In this document: positions 11,421 through 23,411 of the stretch, one piece after another
Position numbering within the stretch: the first letter of the stretch is position 1
Layout: the number at the start of each line of letters is the position of its first letter
DNA from: Basidiobolus meristosporus CBS 931.73
Lineage: Eukaryota; Fungi; Basidiobolomycota
Direction: 5' to 3'
Length of the DNA: 64,000 nucleotides
Assembly (NCBI GenBank): GCA_002104905.1
Contig: MCFE01000014.1
Location: forward strand, 1 to 64,000
Notes under the pieces: generated by a model
Told to the model about the DNA's origin: nothing
The model's database searches: none
What the model saw: only the letters and a program-made list of their open reading frames with translations
Position numbers and translations under genes: made by a program

Positions 11421-14315
11421 TGTGTGAATATGACCAACACGCACACAACGATATTTATACTCACTGAAAACGACCTCTTGTGCACCTTCTCAATACTTTG
11501 CCCGGAATGACAACGGTCAACGAGACTTCCACATTTTACCCGTAGGTTGTATCTGGAAGATAAGCGCCAATTTTGGATAAATTGCTGAATGATTTTGAAC
11601 AATAGTTCAGCTGTCCATCGTGGCCCAAACGTGGCTTTGAATAGGTGTATCTAGATAGGAGGCAGTTTGTAATGTATGTGGCACATCTTGCTCGAGAACC
11701 CAGTGGGCCGCTATAGTACCCGGCAAATAAAAATACCAAGACTGCATTATCTTCCGCATGGTAGACTACTTTCAGACATCTAAATCGATAGCAGATAAAC
11801 CAATTTCTTTCCAAAGCCAATCATGATTGTTGCTATGAATCCGTGTCATCGCTATAATCGCATTAGTTATCAAAGATGCCATCAGGCCTCAGCACAATGC
11901 CAGCATATTTTCCCTGTATTATGGGCCTTTACAACCCAAAGATTGGGAATTGTTGTACCTCAGTAAGCAGCATCAAAAATCGAGGTAGCCACTGAATGCC
12001 ATTGTTTTGTTGATCAATACATGGAGTAATCCGATGAATTTATAAATACATCGACTACACCAGGAGGCGGTGGGAGTCTACAACTGTAAAAGGTTAGTTT
12101 ATTCGTATTAGAATTATTTGTGTACTAGTGTTAGATCAGCATCCGGGTTAATAAATATACCTCCATGATTTAAAAACTCTTATTGGGCGATCAATTGGAT
12201 CGCACTTTTCCGCCACAATTCTTGGAATACCATACCGATACTCTACTTTCTACCACGGAAATATCAAAAACGTAACTTTCTTCACTTGTTATCGGTATTT
12301 GACGTTAAAAATACGTAATAAAGCTACGACGATTATGTGTGCATCTAATTGGAGTAATTTAATACCCGCCATACCTAATGTTTGCCGGATTTAAGGCTTA
12401 GTATTGAAAGTGGCATACCTCCATGTATTTTGTTGCCACCTAGGACTTGCAATTATCAACTTTGATGAATGCAAGCGTCTCCATATCTACAGAGCAATAT
12501 TAGTGGCCATCTCACTTTAGATATTCTAGTATGAATATCCTTTACGTAGGGATAAGAAACACCGAAGTGTAGTTTGGCGGTCAGGAGAAACCTGGGCCTC
12601 GCTACTCTACAATTGTGCAAAAGACATGCAGGAACATAGTACCCAATCCTGTGCTCCCATTATCAGCCTGGCTTGGCTCAGAGTATGTGAGTAAGAGAAC
12701 GGGATTCAGAAATGGAAATGGAAGAAGGGCCAGCTGATACCCGAATAGAAGAAAATCTCAGGTCAGAGATCTTGGGTTCAATCAATCGAGTACTGATCAG
12801 ATTACTTTTATCTTAATAAGAACTGATCGGACTACTTATCTTAGGCTTGATTACTCTGCTGGTAGTCACTGCGATTCTTTCCGGCTGCACCTCGCCATAC
12901 ACTCAGCCTTTTAAGAAAATTCTTCTTCGCCGAGTACCATGAAGGCTGCAGGTAACACCGTGCTTTCCTAAAATGGGAACTTCTGTACTTCCATCCGCTC
13001 CAGTGACCAAAGTCCCACTGATGAAACAGGTGCTTACCCGGCCACACAAAAGCATGACTACTTCAATACCACTTATGCTGATAGTGGAAAAGATTAAATG
13101 CCCAGTAGCAAGCAGGCGCCAACCGTAAATGAGAAGACCCACCTGGAGCCTCAGTGTATGCCAGGCAGTAGGGGACCAAGAACCCAGAAGATAGCACTTC
13201 ACATCCATATGTCTATATGCAGCCAGTTCAGGTTGATCAATACTCAGGGCTAGTAGAGAAGACCCAATGTGTTGAATACTGTACAGATCAAAGTGAGTAA
13301 TATGCTGAGCCTATTGACAAAACTCAAAGTAGTGAAAACTGTGACTGATATGCATTTTCAATAAATATATTATAGTCATTAGTTCAGACATAATCTACTC
13401 CATGAAAAATCAAGCAAAAGATATCAACTTGCCACATTATTAGTTGCTTAGAATGCGTGGCAAATATTACTTCTACAAGTAGAGGTATTTCAGCTATATC
13501 TTTCATATTTGGTATTACCCGCTATGAATAGGCCAAGGCAAGAGGCAAAGCTAGGCAAGGCTGGATTCCAGGCAAGTCTATTCTTTCAAGACCTGTGGTT
13601 ATTAGACTGAGGAACTTATAAGGGGAAATAGGACTATTCAGACTTTTGGCAGTCCCATTGCTAGAAGGTTATGCAAAGTACAACTGTTGCTGCAATGTGG
13701 TGCAAGAATCTAGAGGCTATTGGGTGTGATTTGGAGAGCCAGCAGTGCTGCATGATATTCATTTGCTGCTTCATCAAGGTTAAGTAAAGTATTTATAATT
13801 TTGGGAGAACTTTGTAGAGCTGATAGTAAGAATGCTGCTTGCATATGGTCTCAGGAAGCTACATGCAAAGTGTGGGGGCTTCAGGACAAGTTCTGTACTA
13901 TTGGTTACTTCAAGGCCTTCACAAACTCTGTGAATCAGCTAATAGGTTGCACACCCAGTCTTAAGCTGATTGTTTATAACTTAGCATCAAGTATATTAGA
14001 ATCTTTTGCCATACACATAGTATATGTGTAGACCAAGCATTTACAACATGGAAATGAGGCAGAGTAATTGTCCCAAGGCAAAGATGTCAACAGCAGGGTA
14101 CCCCAACAATGTTATAGTAATGGACCAGGCAGTGCAAATACACAAGCAGGTCATGAGTTAGTGGCTATGGCATATAATATCAAGCTACAAAATATGCAAT
14201 ATAGGCTGTCATATTGTATTCCTTTGTGTTTAACAATGATGCAGAGTGTTACATAATCTGTCAACAGGTGATACAAATCTTGGAAAGAAGTTATTTAAGC
14301 TTTTGGCTCTGAGGA

Positions 14316-15057
14316 TATTAGACTTGTTCCATTGGATAGTGCCACATTGAGCCATGAGTGCCAAATGATGCCATAGTGTGCCAGAGAGGTCAAGTGAGCC
14401 TATACTTGGCTACAGGGTGTGAAACATAGCTCTGCATCTTCATGCAAAGCAGCCCCTGTGTTTCACACATTGCGCAGGAGAAAATTCATTTTTTGACCTT
14501 TTTTTGTGGAAGAATGTAGCTCAGGATGTGTCAGAGCACAGGAGTACTGAAGATATGCATCTGGTACTAAGTACCCATGGCACTCTGAATCTAGCTCCTG
14601 TAGCTTGTATCATGTCACAAAAATGAATGGCACTATCTTGGTCCACTGGTACTATCTGGCACTATATTTAAATATTAGCCCTAAAGTAAGATCTATACAA
14701 AGCACTTATAGTGCTAGATAGTACCAGTGGACCAAGATAGTGCCATTCATTTTTGTGACATGATACAAGCTACAGGAGCTAGATACAGAGTGCCATAGGT
14801 ATTGAGTACCAGATACATATCTTCAATCTGCTTGTGCTCTAACACATGCTGCACAACATTGATCCAAAAAAAAAGGTCAAAAAATGGATTTTCTCCAACA
14901 CAATGGGTGAAACACAGGGGCTGCTTTGCATGAAGATGCAGAGCTATGTTTCACACTCTGTGGCCAGGTAGAGGCTCACTTGGCCTCTCTGGCACACTAT
15001 GGCATCATTTGGCACTCATGGCTCAATGTGGCACTATCCAACGGAACAAGTCTAATA
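14316..15057. mobile_element. 742-bp foldback/MITE-like long inverted repeat
   Basis: Arms 14316-14666 and 14707-15057 (351 bp each, about 30 mismatches by hand alignment, roughly 91% identity), 40-nt AT-rich spacer; ends in TA on both sides; reiterated GTGCCA/TGGCAC motifs; no ORF. Confidence 0.85.
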
Positions 15058-15861
15058 CTTGAACAATACTAAGGACCAAGATGTGGCATGATAATGCTTT
15101 CATTGCTAAAATTCTCTATCCATACACTTTCCCTGTGGGCTGATACCCTACAGAAGAAGTCAATCAGTGACCAGTAGAACATCAAGTCTCCATATGCTAA
15201 CAACACTAAACATTTTGGGTTCTAGCAATTTGCAGACAAAAAATGACTATGTTGTGTGAGTTTTGGAGATGTGTATGTTGCAAATATTCAACTTAATTTG
15301 CCACTTAGAGCATGACCTACAAATCTTAGAAAATACTCTATTTCTTGTTTGATGAGAACTGAAACTTTCCTCAAAAAATGAGATCAGTAGATGACAAAGT
15401 CTGAACACAAATTCACCAAATGTCAGGATTGAATTGGTGCAAAGTTATCAAGGATTTTTAACTCTACAAGACTCTGAGACTGTGATCAAGCATGAATTAG
15501 TGCTATGTGTGGGCTATTACTGACTGTACTTGGTGAGTGGGAGAGCTTGTAGGTCAAGTCAGTACCACTTGGTTCAGAATAGCTTCCAATAGAAGGCAGC
15601 AAGGTAATGAACACTTGTGCTTATTTTGTCCCAAATCTCCTTGTTCCCTTACTTAGTTCAATTGGGTAGATATATATCAATTGGGGGCTTAGATAATAGA
15701 CAATGTGTTATAAAATAGGGGTGTGAACACCTTCCTGTTTTGGTAAGTGTTCTAACTAGATAAGGGTAGGGATAGGAGGGAGGATACTGGGGGACTTTGG
15801 GTAAGACTCTGGGGAGAACTCTTGGGCAAAGAGTGGGTACTGCATTTAGTACTCACACTAT

Positions 15862-16436
15862 GGAATATCCCAGAAGTGATCATTTTAGTATTACAAGGCA
15901 AGAAACCCAACAGGACCGGAAGTAGACCAAATCCCTGCATAAAGGAGGGTAAAAACTTAGCCTCTACTTATTCAGTTCATATCAAGGAGCCCCAGACTAT
16001 AAAAGATACCCAAAATAGCACCCAGACAAGGATTTGGAGATCTGCAATGACAGAGCAGTATCAGACCCTGATGGAAAATCATACTTGGCACTTTGTCAAA
16101 TTTCCAATCAATCAAAAATCTATTGGATGCTGTTGAGTCCTTAAGACAAGATTCAGAGCTGATGGTACTATTGAGAGATACAAAGCAAGACTTGGGGCCA
16201 AAAGATACTCTCAAATAAAAGGACTAGACTGTACTGAGATTTTTACACTGGTAGCCAAGCTTAATCCCATCAGACTAATAGTAACTATTGTGGCCAAATA
16301 TAAGTTTTTTACCCATTGTATGGGTGTAAAAACTAAATTTTTGAATGAGGAATTTAATGTGAGCATGCACATGCACCAGCCTGAAGGGTTTGCTGACTAA
16401 GAAAACCTCTGTTTGGTCTGCAAGCCTGAAAAACTT
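15862..16436 (+). mobile_element. Decayed Ty1/copia pol fragment (linker and RT N-terminus), paralogous to 20931-21500
   Basis: Colinear with the full element (EPQT-K..., WRSAM, RYKARL, QPEGF) but with multiple stops and indels. Confidence 0.85.
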
Positions 16437-16469
16437 AGACCAAGTCAAGGTATTGTCATTGACACCTGA

Positions 16470-17011
16470 TCCAGATTATCTACATTTCCTGGCACTGGAG
16501 CCCATGCAACATGGCCAAAAAAATCTGTTGATCAACTCAGAGCTCTAATGGCCTGCTGCCACTTGAACAACATTTGCTTGGTGATTCAGATCCATAAAAA
16601 TGATCTAAAATAATCATCATTGTCTTCCATAAGATGCAACAGCTTTCTTGAGATGGATTACTTTATTTACAGTAGATTCAAAGTTCAATTGCTTCTTGAC
16701 TTACCCAGTGTGGTATCAGACAATACCATAGGTCTTTTGGTAGCTATTCTTAGAGTGCTACTACTGTTTTGGACTGATACCACTGTTTTTACCTTATCAG
16801 AACACACTTGTCGAACAGAGATTGGCACTTTTCCACCAGTTAGATTCACCTTAAAAAGGGCTTTGAATATCCATATTCTAAGCTTTGAGTGCTCAAGCAT
16901 CAAGATGTTTCTTTCATGCATGATGTTTTCAAGCTGTTGAGTCAGTTCTTCCTGATTTCTCTGCGCCTCTTCCAACATTGAAAGATGTGGAATGCTTGTT
17001 GCTGAGGACAT
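16470..17011 (-). mobile_element. Possible Ty3/gypsy gag relic
   Basis: Coiled-coil N-terminus (MSSATS...EELTQQLE) followed by broken gag-like pieces (LVEKCQSLFDKC, PKDLWYCLIPHW, WKTMMIILDHFY, QQIFLAMLHGL); CpG-free context. Confidence 0.4.
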
Positions 17012-17758
17012 CTTGTAAAGCAGTTGAATGTAATGGAATTCAGCAAAAAGAATGCTGTAACCAAGAGCAAAGTGTAATAAAACTCCTGAATGAGTTAACT
17101 GAACCTAAGTGACAACTAAGTGTAGAATCTTAGAATTGTCAAGTGTGACAGAAATATTAGCAGAGAGATTTTGGTCTAATATTGGCTTTGTATATGGATG
17201 GGTTTGGGTACAAAGGCAACAGAGTTGGTTTGCTATACAGGCTAGGCTTGGTGTTCTAGGGAGTGTTAGATATGCTAGGCTTGGGTAGAACTAGAACAGA
17301 ATTGTCAAATTCTTAACTTTGTTGAGACACCCACTAAGCCAAAAGGCTCAGTAAACTTCATTTATATATTTCCCATCAAGTTGAACTAGTAAGCACCAAG
17401 AGACTGGATTAATTGAAATCAGTTTTGGGGTTGATAGGTGCATAAGATATATGAAAATTGCATCATCAATCAGCTGATGTCTGGGCAACTGCTAAGTGGT
17501 TATATAGATCTCAGATGACTCATCACCTGGAAAGGCCTAGCTGATTGGTTGAGGTTGTAATGACCACATGAAAACTGATCCAGTACAATGGCTAAATTAG
17601 ACTCTGAGAAGTGATAAAATGAACTATAACTGGGATCAGCTATTTATGGGCTGGGGAAAGTTAGTTAGGATCCTAGATTTCCTAATGGAGTAAAATTGGC
17701 TAAGCTTGAGTGTTGATGCATAACAGTATGTATAAGATTTACCACAATATGCATGAGG

Positions 17759-18107
17759 TGTTGTAATAATTTGCAATTCCACCTAGATATTCACCTAGCT
17801 TAGTCACTAAGATCATTACCTTCAAGTTCAAGAGTGTACTGACCAAATTCCTTGTTTGTATTAACTTTCAATATTATCACCAAAATATCAGGCACCCAGG
17901 ACATTGAAATTCTCAAGGTTGTCCAAATAGCCCCAAACTTTGGACACATGTTCTTGGGCCCTTCCTAAACCTATTATTAGTGTTTTTTTATGTCAAGACC
18001 ATGTAAATGTATAAATACTACTTTTACATTCAATAAATCATTTAGTGACAACCACACAAAATACTGGTTCTCCCAATCACTTCCAATATCTCCAAGACTC
18101 TTAAAAC
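17759..18107 (+). mobile_element. Solo LTR of the local copia family, 349 bp
   Basis: TGTTG...AACA, colinear with 18304-18652; flanks TGAGG / AGAGG (4 of 5 target duplication). Confidence 0.88.
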
Positions 18108-18652
18108 AAGAGGATACTGGGCAGAACAGTCATCATATCAGATTTAGTGATACACTACACATTACTTCCACAATTACTCATGGCCAATGTATGAAAGCAA
18201 ACAAACTACTGGAATACAAGCAGAGCACTGTAGAATACTAGCTGCAAATCATTTGAGCTTTGAGTCATTTATCTGAGGGCTTATAATAAGTATACCTTTA
18301 TATTGTTGTAAAAATATGTAATTCCACCTAAATATTCACCTAACTTAGTCACTTATATCATCACCTTCAAATCCTAGAGAATACTGACCAAATTCCTTGT
18401 TGGGATTTACTTAGAATATTTTCACCAAAATACCAGGTACCCAGAACATGAAAATTCTCAAAGTTGTCCAAACAGCCCCAAACTTTGCACACATGTTCTT
18501 GGGACCTTCCTTAACCTATTCATTGTGTTTGTAATGCCCAGACCAGGTAAAAGTATAAATACTACTTTTACATTCAATAAATCATTAAGTGAAAACCACA
18601 TAATCTACTTGTTCTCCAAATCACTTCCAATATCTCCAAGACTCTTACAACA

Positions 18653-18664
18653 GGTTATGAGCCC
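18653..18664 (+). promoter_or_regulatory. Primer binding site GGTTATGAGCCC (anticodon-arm region of tRNA-iMet)
   Basis: Immediately follows the 5' LTR; complementary to GGGCUCAUAACC of initiator tRNA, the half-tRNA primer type used by Drosophila copia and yeast Ty5. Confidence 0.85.
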
Positions 18665-21600
18665 CAAGCTGTCACTCTCTGCAATGTCTACTACTGCTAT
18701 TACTGGAATTTTTCCCTCTGCTGAAAAGTTGGATGGATCTAACTACCAAGTGTGGAAGGTGAAGATGAAGATGCTGCTACAAGAAAGAGGCCTTTGGGAT
18801 ATTGTCATGGGAGAAGAATGCCCTCCTAAAAATGTGGGAGAGGAAGCCTTAAAGTACCAGAAGAAAGAACAAAGTGCCTTTAACTGCATTTGCCTCAATG
18901 TCAAGGACAAATTGCTAATTCAATGCTCAAGAGCAAAAATGGCAAAGAATGCCTGGAAAGCATTGGAAGACACCTACCAGTCATGTTCAGCTGCCAAGAA
19001 AATGTATCTGAGACAAAATTTCTTTACTACAAAGATGCTGCCAGGAGAAGAAATGAAAAATCTAATTAACAGAATTACCCTGCTGGTAGATGAGATGGAA
19101 TCTGTGGGTGTACCAACTACTGATGAGGATGTGATAGTTACCATCCTGAATAGCCTGATAGACGAGTTTCAGGGCCTTGTATCAGCCCTAGAGTCCAGAA
19201 CTGAAGATTTGACCTTAAATTATGTATATGGAAGGCTCCTGGATGAAGAATTAAGAAAATCAAGCGCTAATAAGAAGGAAGAAGAAAATGCTTTAATAAG
19301 CAATGATAGCCAACAAAGAAGATACCCAAGACCCTACAAAGGCAACAGCAACCTGTTTTGTAACTACTGCAAAAGGAAAGGACACACATCAGACCGGTGT
19401 CTCAGAAAGAAAGATAATCAGCAAAAGAAGCCTGAATATGGAAATGCTGCAACAACTGAAGATAGACTATTCATATCTGCACTAAATATGACCACAAACA
19501 AGGATTCTCAGGCATGGTATATTGACTCTGGAGCTTCTCAACACTTTACACACCAAAAAGAACTTTTTACCCAATATCAAGAAATTCCAATTAAGAAGGT
19601 TTTCATGAGTGACTATAGAACACTTGATGCAGTGGGAGAAGGAACTATCCAAGTAAACCTTAGAAGCAGTGAAGGAAGCCATACACTGACCTTTAAAGAA
19701 GTACTCTATGTGCCAGAAATAGCCAAGAACCTACTCTCTGTAAGCAAGGCCACAGCAGAAGGACTCAGTTTCAGTTTTGACAATTCTGGTTGCAAGCTCA
19801 CTGATCAAAATGGTGCCCATATTGCTTTGGGCATCAGAGATCAGAATCTATACAAGTTGACTTATATTCCATCATATCTGGAAGCCAATTTAAGTGACTT
19901 AAATGAAGAAACACCAATGCTTTGGCACAGGAGATTTGGACACATCAATTTTGATTATTTGTGCAAAATGATCAAAGATCAGCTAATTTCTGGAGTGAAA
20001 ATTGATCCCCCAGCTTATTTGGAGCACTGTGAAGCCTGCATATATGGGAAACAAGCCAGACAACCATTCAAGAGCTCTGGGTTAATCAAAACTAAGAAAA
20101 AACTAGATCTAATTCACTCAGATTGTGTGGACCTATGCAAAATTTATCCTTAGGCGGGATGAAGTATTTAATCACTTTTATTGATGATTATACAAGATAC
20201 ACATGGGTCTACTTCATGGAGAGAAAGGAAGAAGCTCTGTCTAAGCTCAGGGAGTTTAAAGCCATGGTGGAGAGGGAAACTGGTGAAAAAATCAAGAAAA
20301 TACGCTCTGACAATGGTGGAGAATATACCTCAAAACTCTTCATCCACTTCTGCAAAATTCATGGGATAAAGCAAGAGACTACTGAACCATACTCCCCACA
20401 GCAAAATGGAGTAGCAGAACAAGCTAACAGATCATTAATTGATATGGCAAGATCTATGATCCATGATCAAAAATTATCCTATGATTTTTGGGCGGAATCA
20501 GTTGCCACTGCTGAATACCTTAAAAATAGGAGTTATAACAGAATACTTCGTGATTCTACTCCATTTGAGGCATGGTATGGATACAGACCAAGTGCAGAAC
20601 ATCTAAGAATATTTGGGTGTACAGCATATGCCAAAAAACTGGCCGGAAATCAGCCAAAATTTGAGCTAAAAAGTGTAAAATGCATATTTTTGGGCTACTG
20701 CAATGAGAGTAAGGCATACAGACTCTACAATACCAAAGCAAAGAAGCTTATCAAGTCCAGGGATGTGTTGTTTGATGAAAATTCAAAATTTTCACAAAAA
20801 ATGACATCAGATGATGACAAAAATTTGATCTCAAGTCCACCAATTGTCAGGATTGAATCAGAGCAAAACAATGAAAATTTTTTCACTCCAGAGGACTCTA
20901 CAACCATGGTTCAGCCAGAATCAGTGCCCAGGAATATCCCAGAAGTGATCATTACAGTATCAAATGCCTGGAGATCCAATTGGACAAGAAATAGCCCAAA
21001 TTACCTTATCAATGAGGGTACAAACTTAGCCTGTGCCTATTCAGTCCATATTGATGAACCCCAGACTGTAAAAGAGGCCCTAAATAGCCCTCAGACAAAG
21101 TTTTGGAGATCTGCAATGACTGAGGAATATCAGGCCCTGATGGAAAATCAAACTTGGGACTTAGTCAAATTACCAATCAACCAAAAATCAATTGGATGCA
21201 GATGGGTCTTCAAGACAAAATACAAGGCTGATGGTACAATTGAAAGATACAAAGCAAGACTTGTAGCCAAAGGATACTCTCAAACAAAAGGACTTGACTA
21301 TACTGAGACCTTTGCACCGGTAGCCAAGTTTAATTCCATCAGATTAATATAGGCTATTGCAGCCAAATATAAGTTTTTTATTCATCAAATGGATGTAAAA
21401 ACTGCTTGTTTGAATGGAGAACTTGATTAGGACGTGTATATGAACCAGCCTGATGGGTTTGCTGACCAAGATAACCCCCATTTGGTCTGCAAGCTTAAAA
21501 AGTCACTATATGGTCTCAAACAATCACCGAGAGCCTGCAATTGCAAGATAGATTCTTATTTGGAATCTTTGAGTTTCAAAAGGAGTAATGCTGACTATAG

Positions 21601-22626
21601 TATATACTATAAGCCAGATAGAGCAAATCCAGTTCTATTAGCTCTATATGTGAATGATCTTATTATAGCCACCAATAACCTAGAAACATTGGAAGAGACT
21701 AAATCCAGCCTATCTAAGGAGTTCAAGATGTCTGATTTAGGAGAACTTAGTTACTACTTAGGATTAAGTTCTCCATAGACAGAAGTACCCAGACTATTAC
21801 CCTAAGTCAATCCAAGTATATTTAAGATATACTAAAGAAGTACAAAATGGAAGACTGTGAACTGGCAGCTACCCCAATGGAGACAAACCTTAACTTGGTC
21901 AAAACTCAACCAAATCAAGAGAGCTTGGTGCCATCTGAAAGCCCTGACTTTCCTTATCAATCTATGGTCGGCAGTCTGATGTATATCATGCTTGGAACAC
22001 GTCCAGATATCTCATATTCAGTGGGAGTTGTCAGCCAACATAATCAGAATTATGGATCTGATCATATTGCAGCAGTTAAGCGGATTTTTAGATACCTAAA
22101 AGGAACTGCTGATATCTGCTTAAGATACACTTATAAGGATTCAGAACATGATCTTGTGGGATACTCTGATGCTGATTGGGGACAAAATTTGGAAGACAGA
22201 AGATCCACCACAGGATACACCTTTCTTTACTGTAAAGGAGCAATTTCATGGAATTCAAGAAAGCAACCAACTGTAGCACTTTCTACCACAGAGGCAGAGT
22301 ATATGGCAGCCTGTGAGGCTACAAAAGAGGCAATGTGGTTAAGAAAGCTCTTTACAGATTTAGGCCTATGTCAAAAAACGCCTATTACTTTATTTCAAGA
22401 TAATCAAGGATGTATACAATTAGGTAGAAATCCAACTTTTCATGCTAGAACTAAGCACATAGGTATTAGACATCATTTCATACAAGAAGCTATAAAGAAT
22501 AACTTAGTTAGCTTAGTTTACTGTCCTACAGATGAAATGATTGTAGACATATTTACCAAACCATTAGCTAGAGACAAGTTTGAATATCTTAGGTCAAAAT
22601 TAGGACTAGTCAGTATGAACATTTAG
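18657..22626 (+). pseudogene. Copia gag-pol polyprotein, interrupted
   Basis: CNYCKRKGHTSDRC zinc knuckle, WYIDSGAS protease, LWHRRFGH/CEAC, integrase DDYTR...RSDNGGEY...NGVAE, RT RYKARLVAKG, RNaseH GYSDADW/TEAEY/QDNQG; frameshift near 20130, stops at 21350, 21428 and 21823, 1-nt deletion near 21768, YVDD changed to YVND. Confidence 0.95.
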
Positions 22627-22628
22627 CT

Positions 22629-22637
22629 GAGTGGGAG
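22629..22637 (+). promoter_or_regulatory. Polypurine tract GAGTGGGAG
   Basis: Directly abuts the TG start of the 3' LTR. Confidence 0.8.
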
Positions 22638-23065
22638 TGTTGTAAAAATTTGTATTTCCATCTAAATATTCACCTAACTTAGTCACTTATATCATCACCT
22701 TCAAATCCTAGAGAATACTGACCAAATTCCTTGTCGGGATTTACTTAGAATATTTTCACCAAAATACCAGGTACCCAGAACATGAAAATTCTCAAAGTTG
22801 TCCAAACAGCCCCAAACTTTGCACACATGTTCTTGGGACCTTCCTTAACCTATTCATTGTGTTTGTAATGCCCAGACCAGGTAAAAGTATAAATACTACT
22901 TTTACATTCAATAAATCATTAAGTGAAAACCACATAATCTACTTGTTCTCCAAATCACTTCCAACATCTCCAAGACTCTTACAACATATATATCATACTT
23001 TACATATATTGCTCAAACTGATCAGTTTTCACTGAAGCCACTTTTGAATGATTTTACTTACCTTA

Positions 23066-23411
23066 TGCTGTAAGAGTCATGGAGATACTGAAAGTGATTG
23101 GGAGAGCAAGTATTTTATGTGGCTTTCACAAATGACTTATTGAATGTAAAAGTAGTATTTGTACTTTATGTAGTCTTGGCAGAAAAAGCATATACATATG
23201 TTCAAGAAGACCCCAGGAACATGTAAGCAAAGTTTGGGGTTGCTTGGACAACTTATCTATTCTTTGTGTTCTGAGTACCTGATGTTTTGGTGAAAATATT
23301 CTAAGTAAATCCCAACAAGGAATTTGGTCAGTGTTCTCTATGATTTGCAGGTAATGATATAAGTGACTAAGTTAGGTAAGTATTTAGCTGGAAATACAAA
23401 CTTTTACATCA
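23066..23411 (-). mobile_element. Solo LTR of the same family, inverted
   Basis: Reverse complement aligns along the whole LTR; flanks CCTTA / GCTTA (4 of 5 TSD). Confidence 0.85.

Larger units (their letters stand above)
18304..22986 (+). mobile_element. Full-length Ty1/copia LTR retrotransposon (Hemivirus-like), disabled
   Basis: LTRs 18304-18652 and 22638-22986 (349 bp, 5 mismatches by eye), TG...CA ends, perfect TSD TATAT (18299-18303, 22987-22991), PBS and PPT present, gag-PR-IN-RT-RNaseH order. Confidence 0.97.

Noticed and set aside
12569-12611. Imperfect hairpin TGTAG...CTACA
   Set aside because: Too short and mismatched; may be LTR termini by chance, no second copy in the window
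17990-18241. ORFs at 17990-18241, 29486-29737 and the first 44 codons of 18525-20153
   Set aside because: They are read through LTR sequence from non-ATG or LTR-internal starts; not genes
18304-22986. RIP as the cause of TE decay
   Set aside because: Loss is specific to CpG, CpA and TpG are abundant, nonsense changes in pol are mostly transversions, and the near-identical lipase repeats are not mutated
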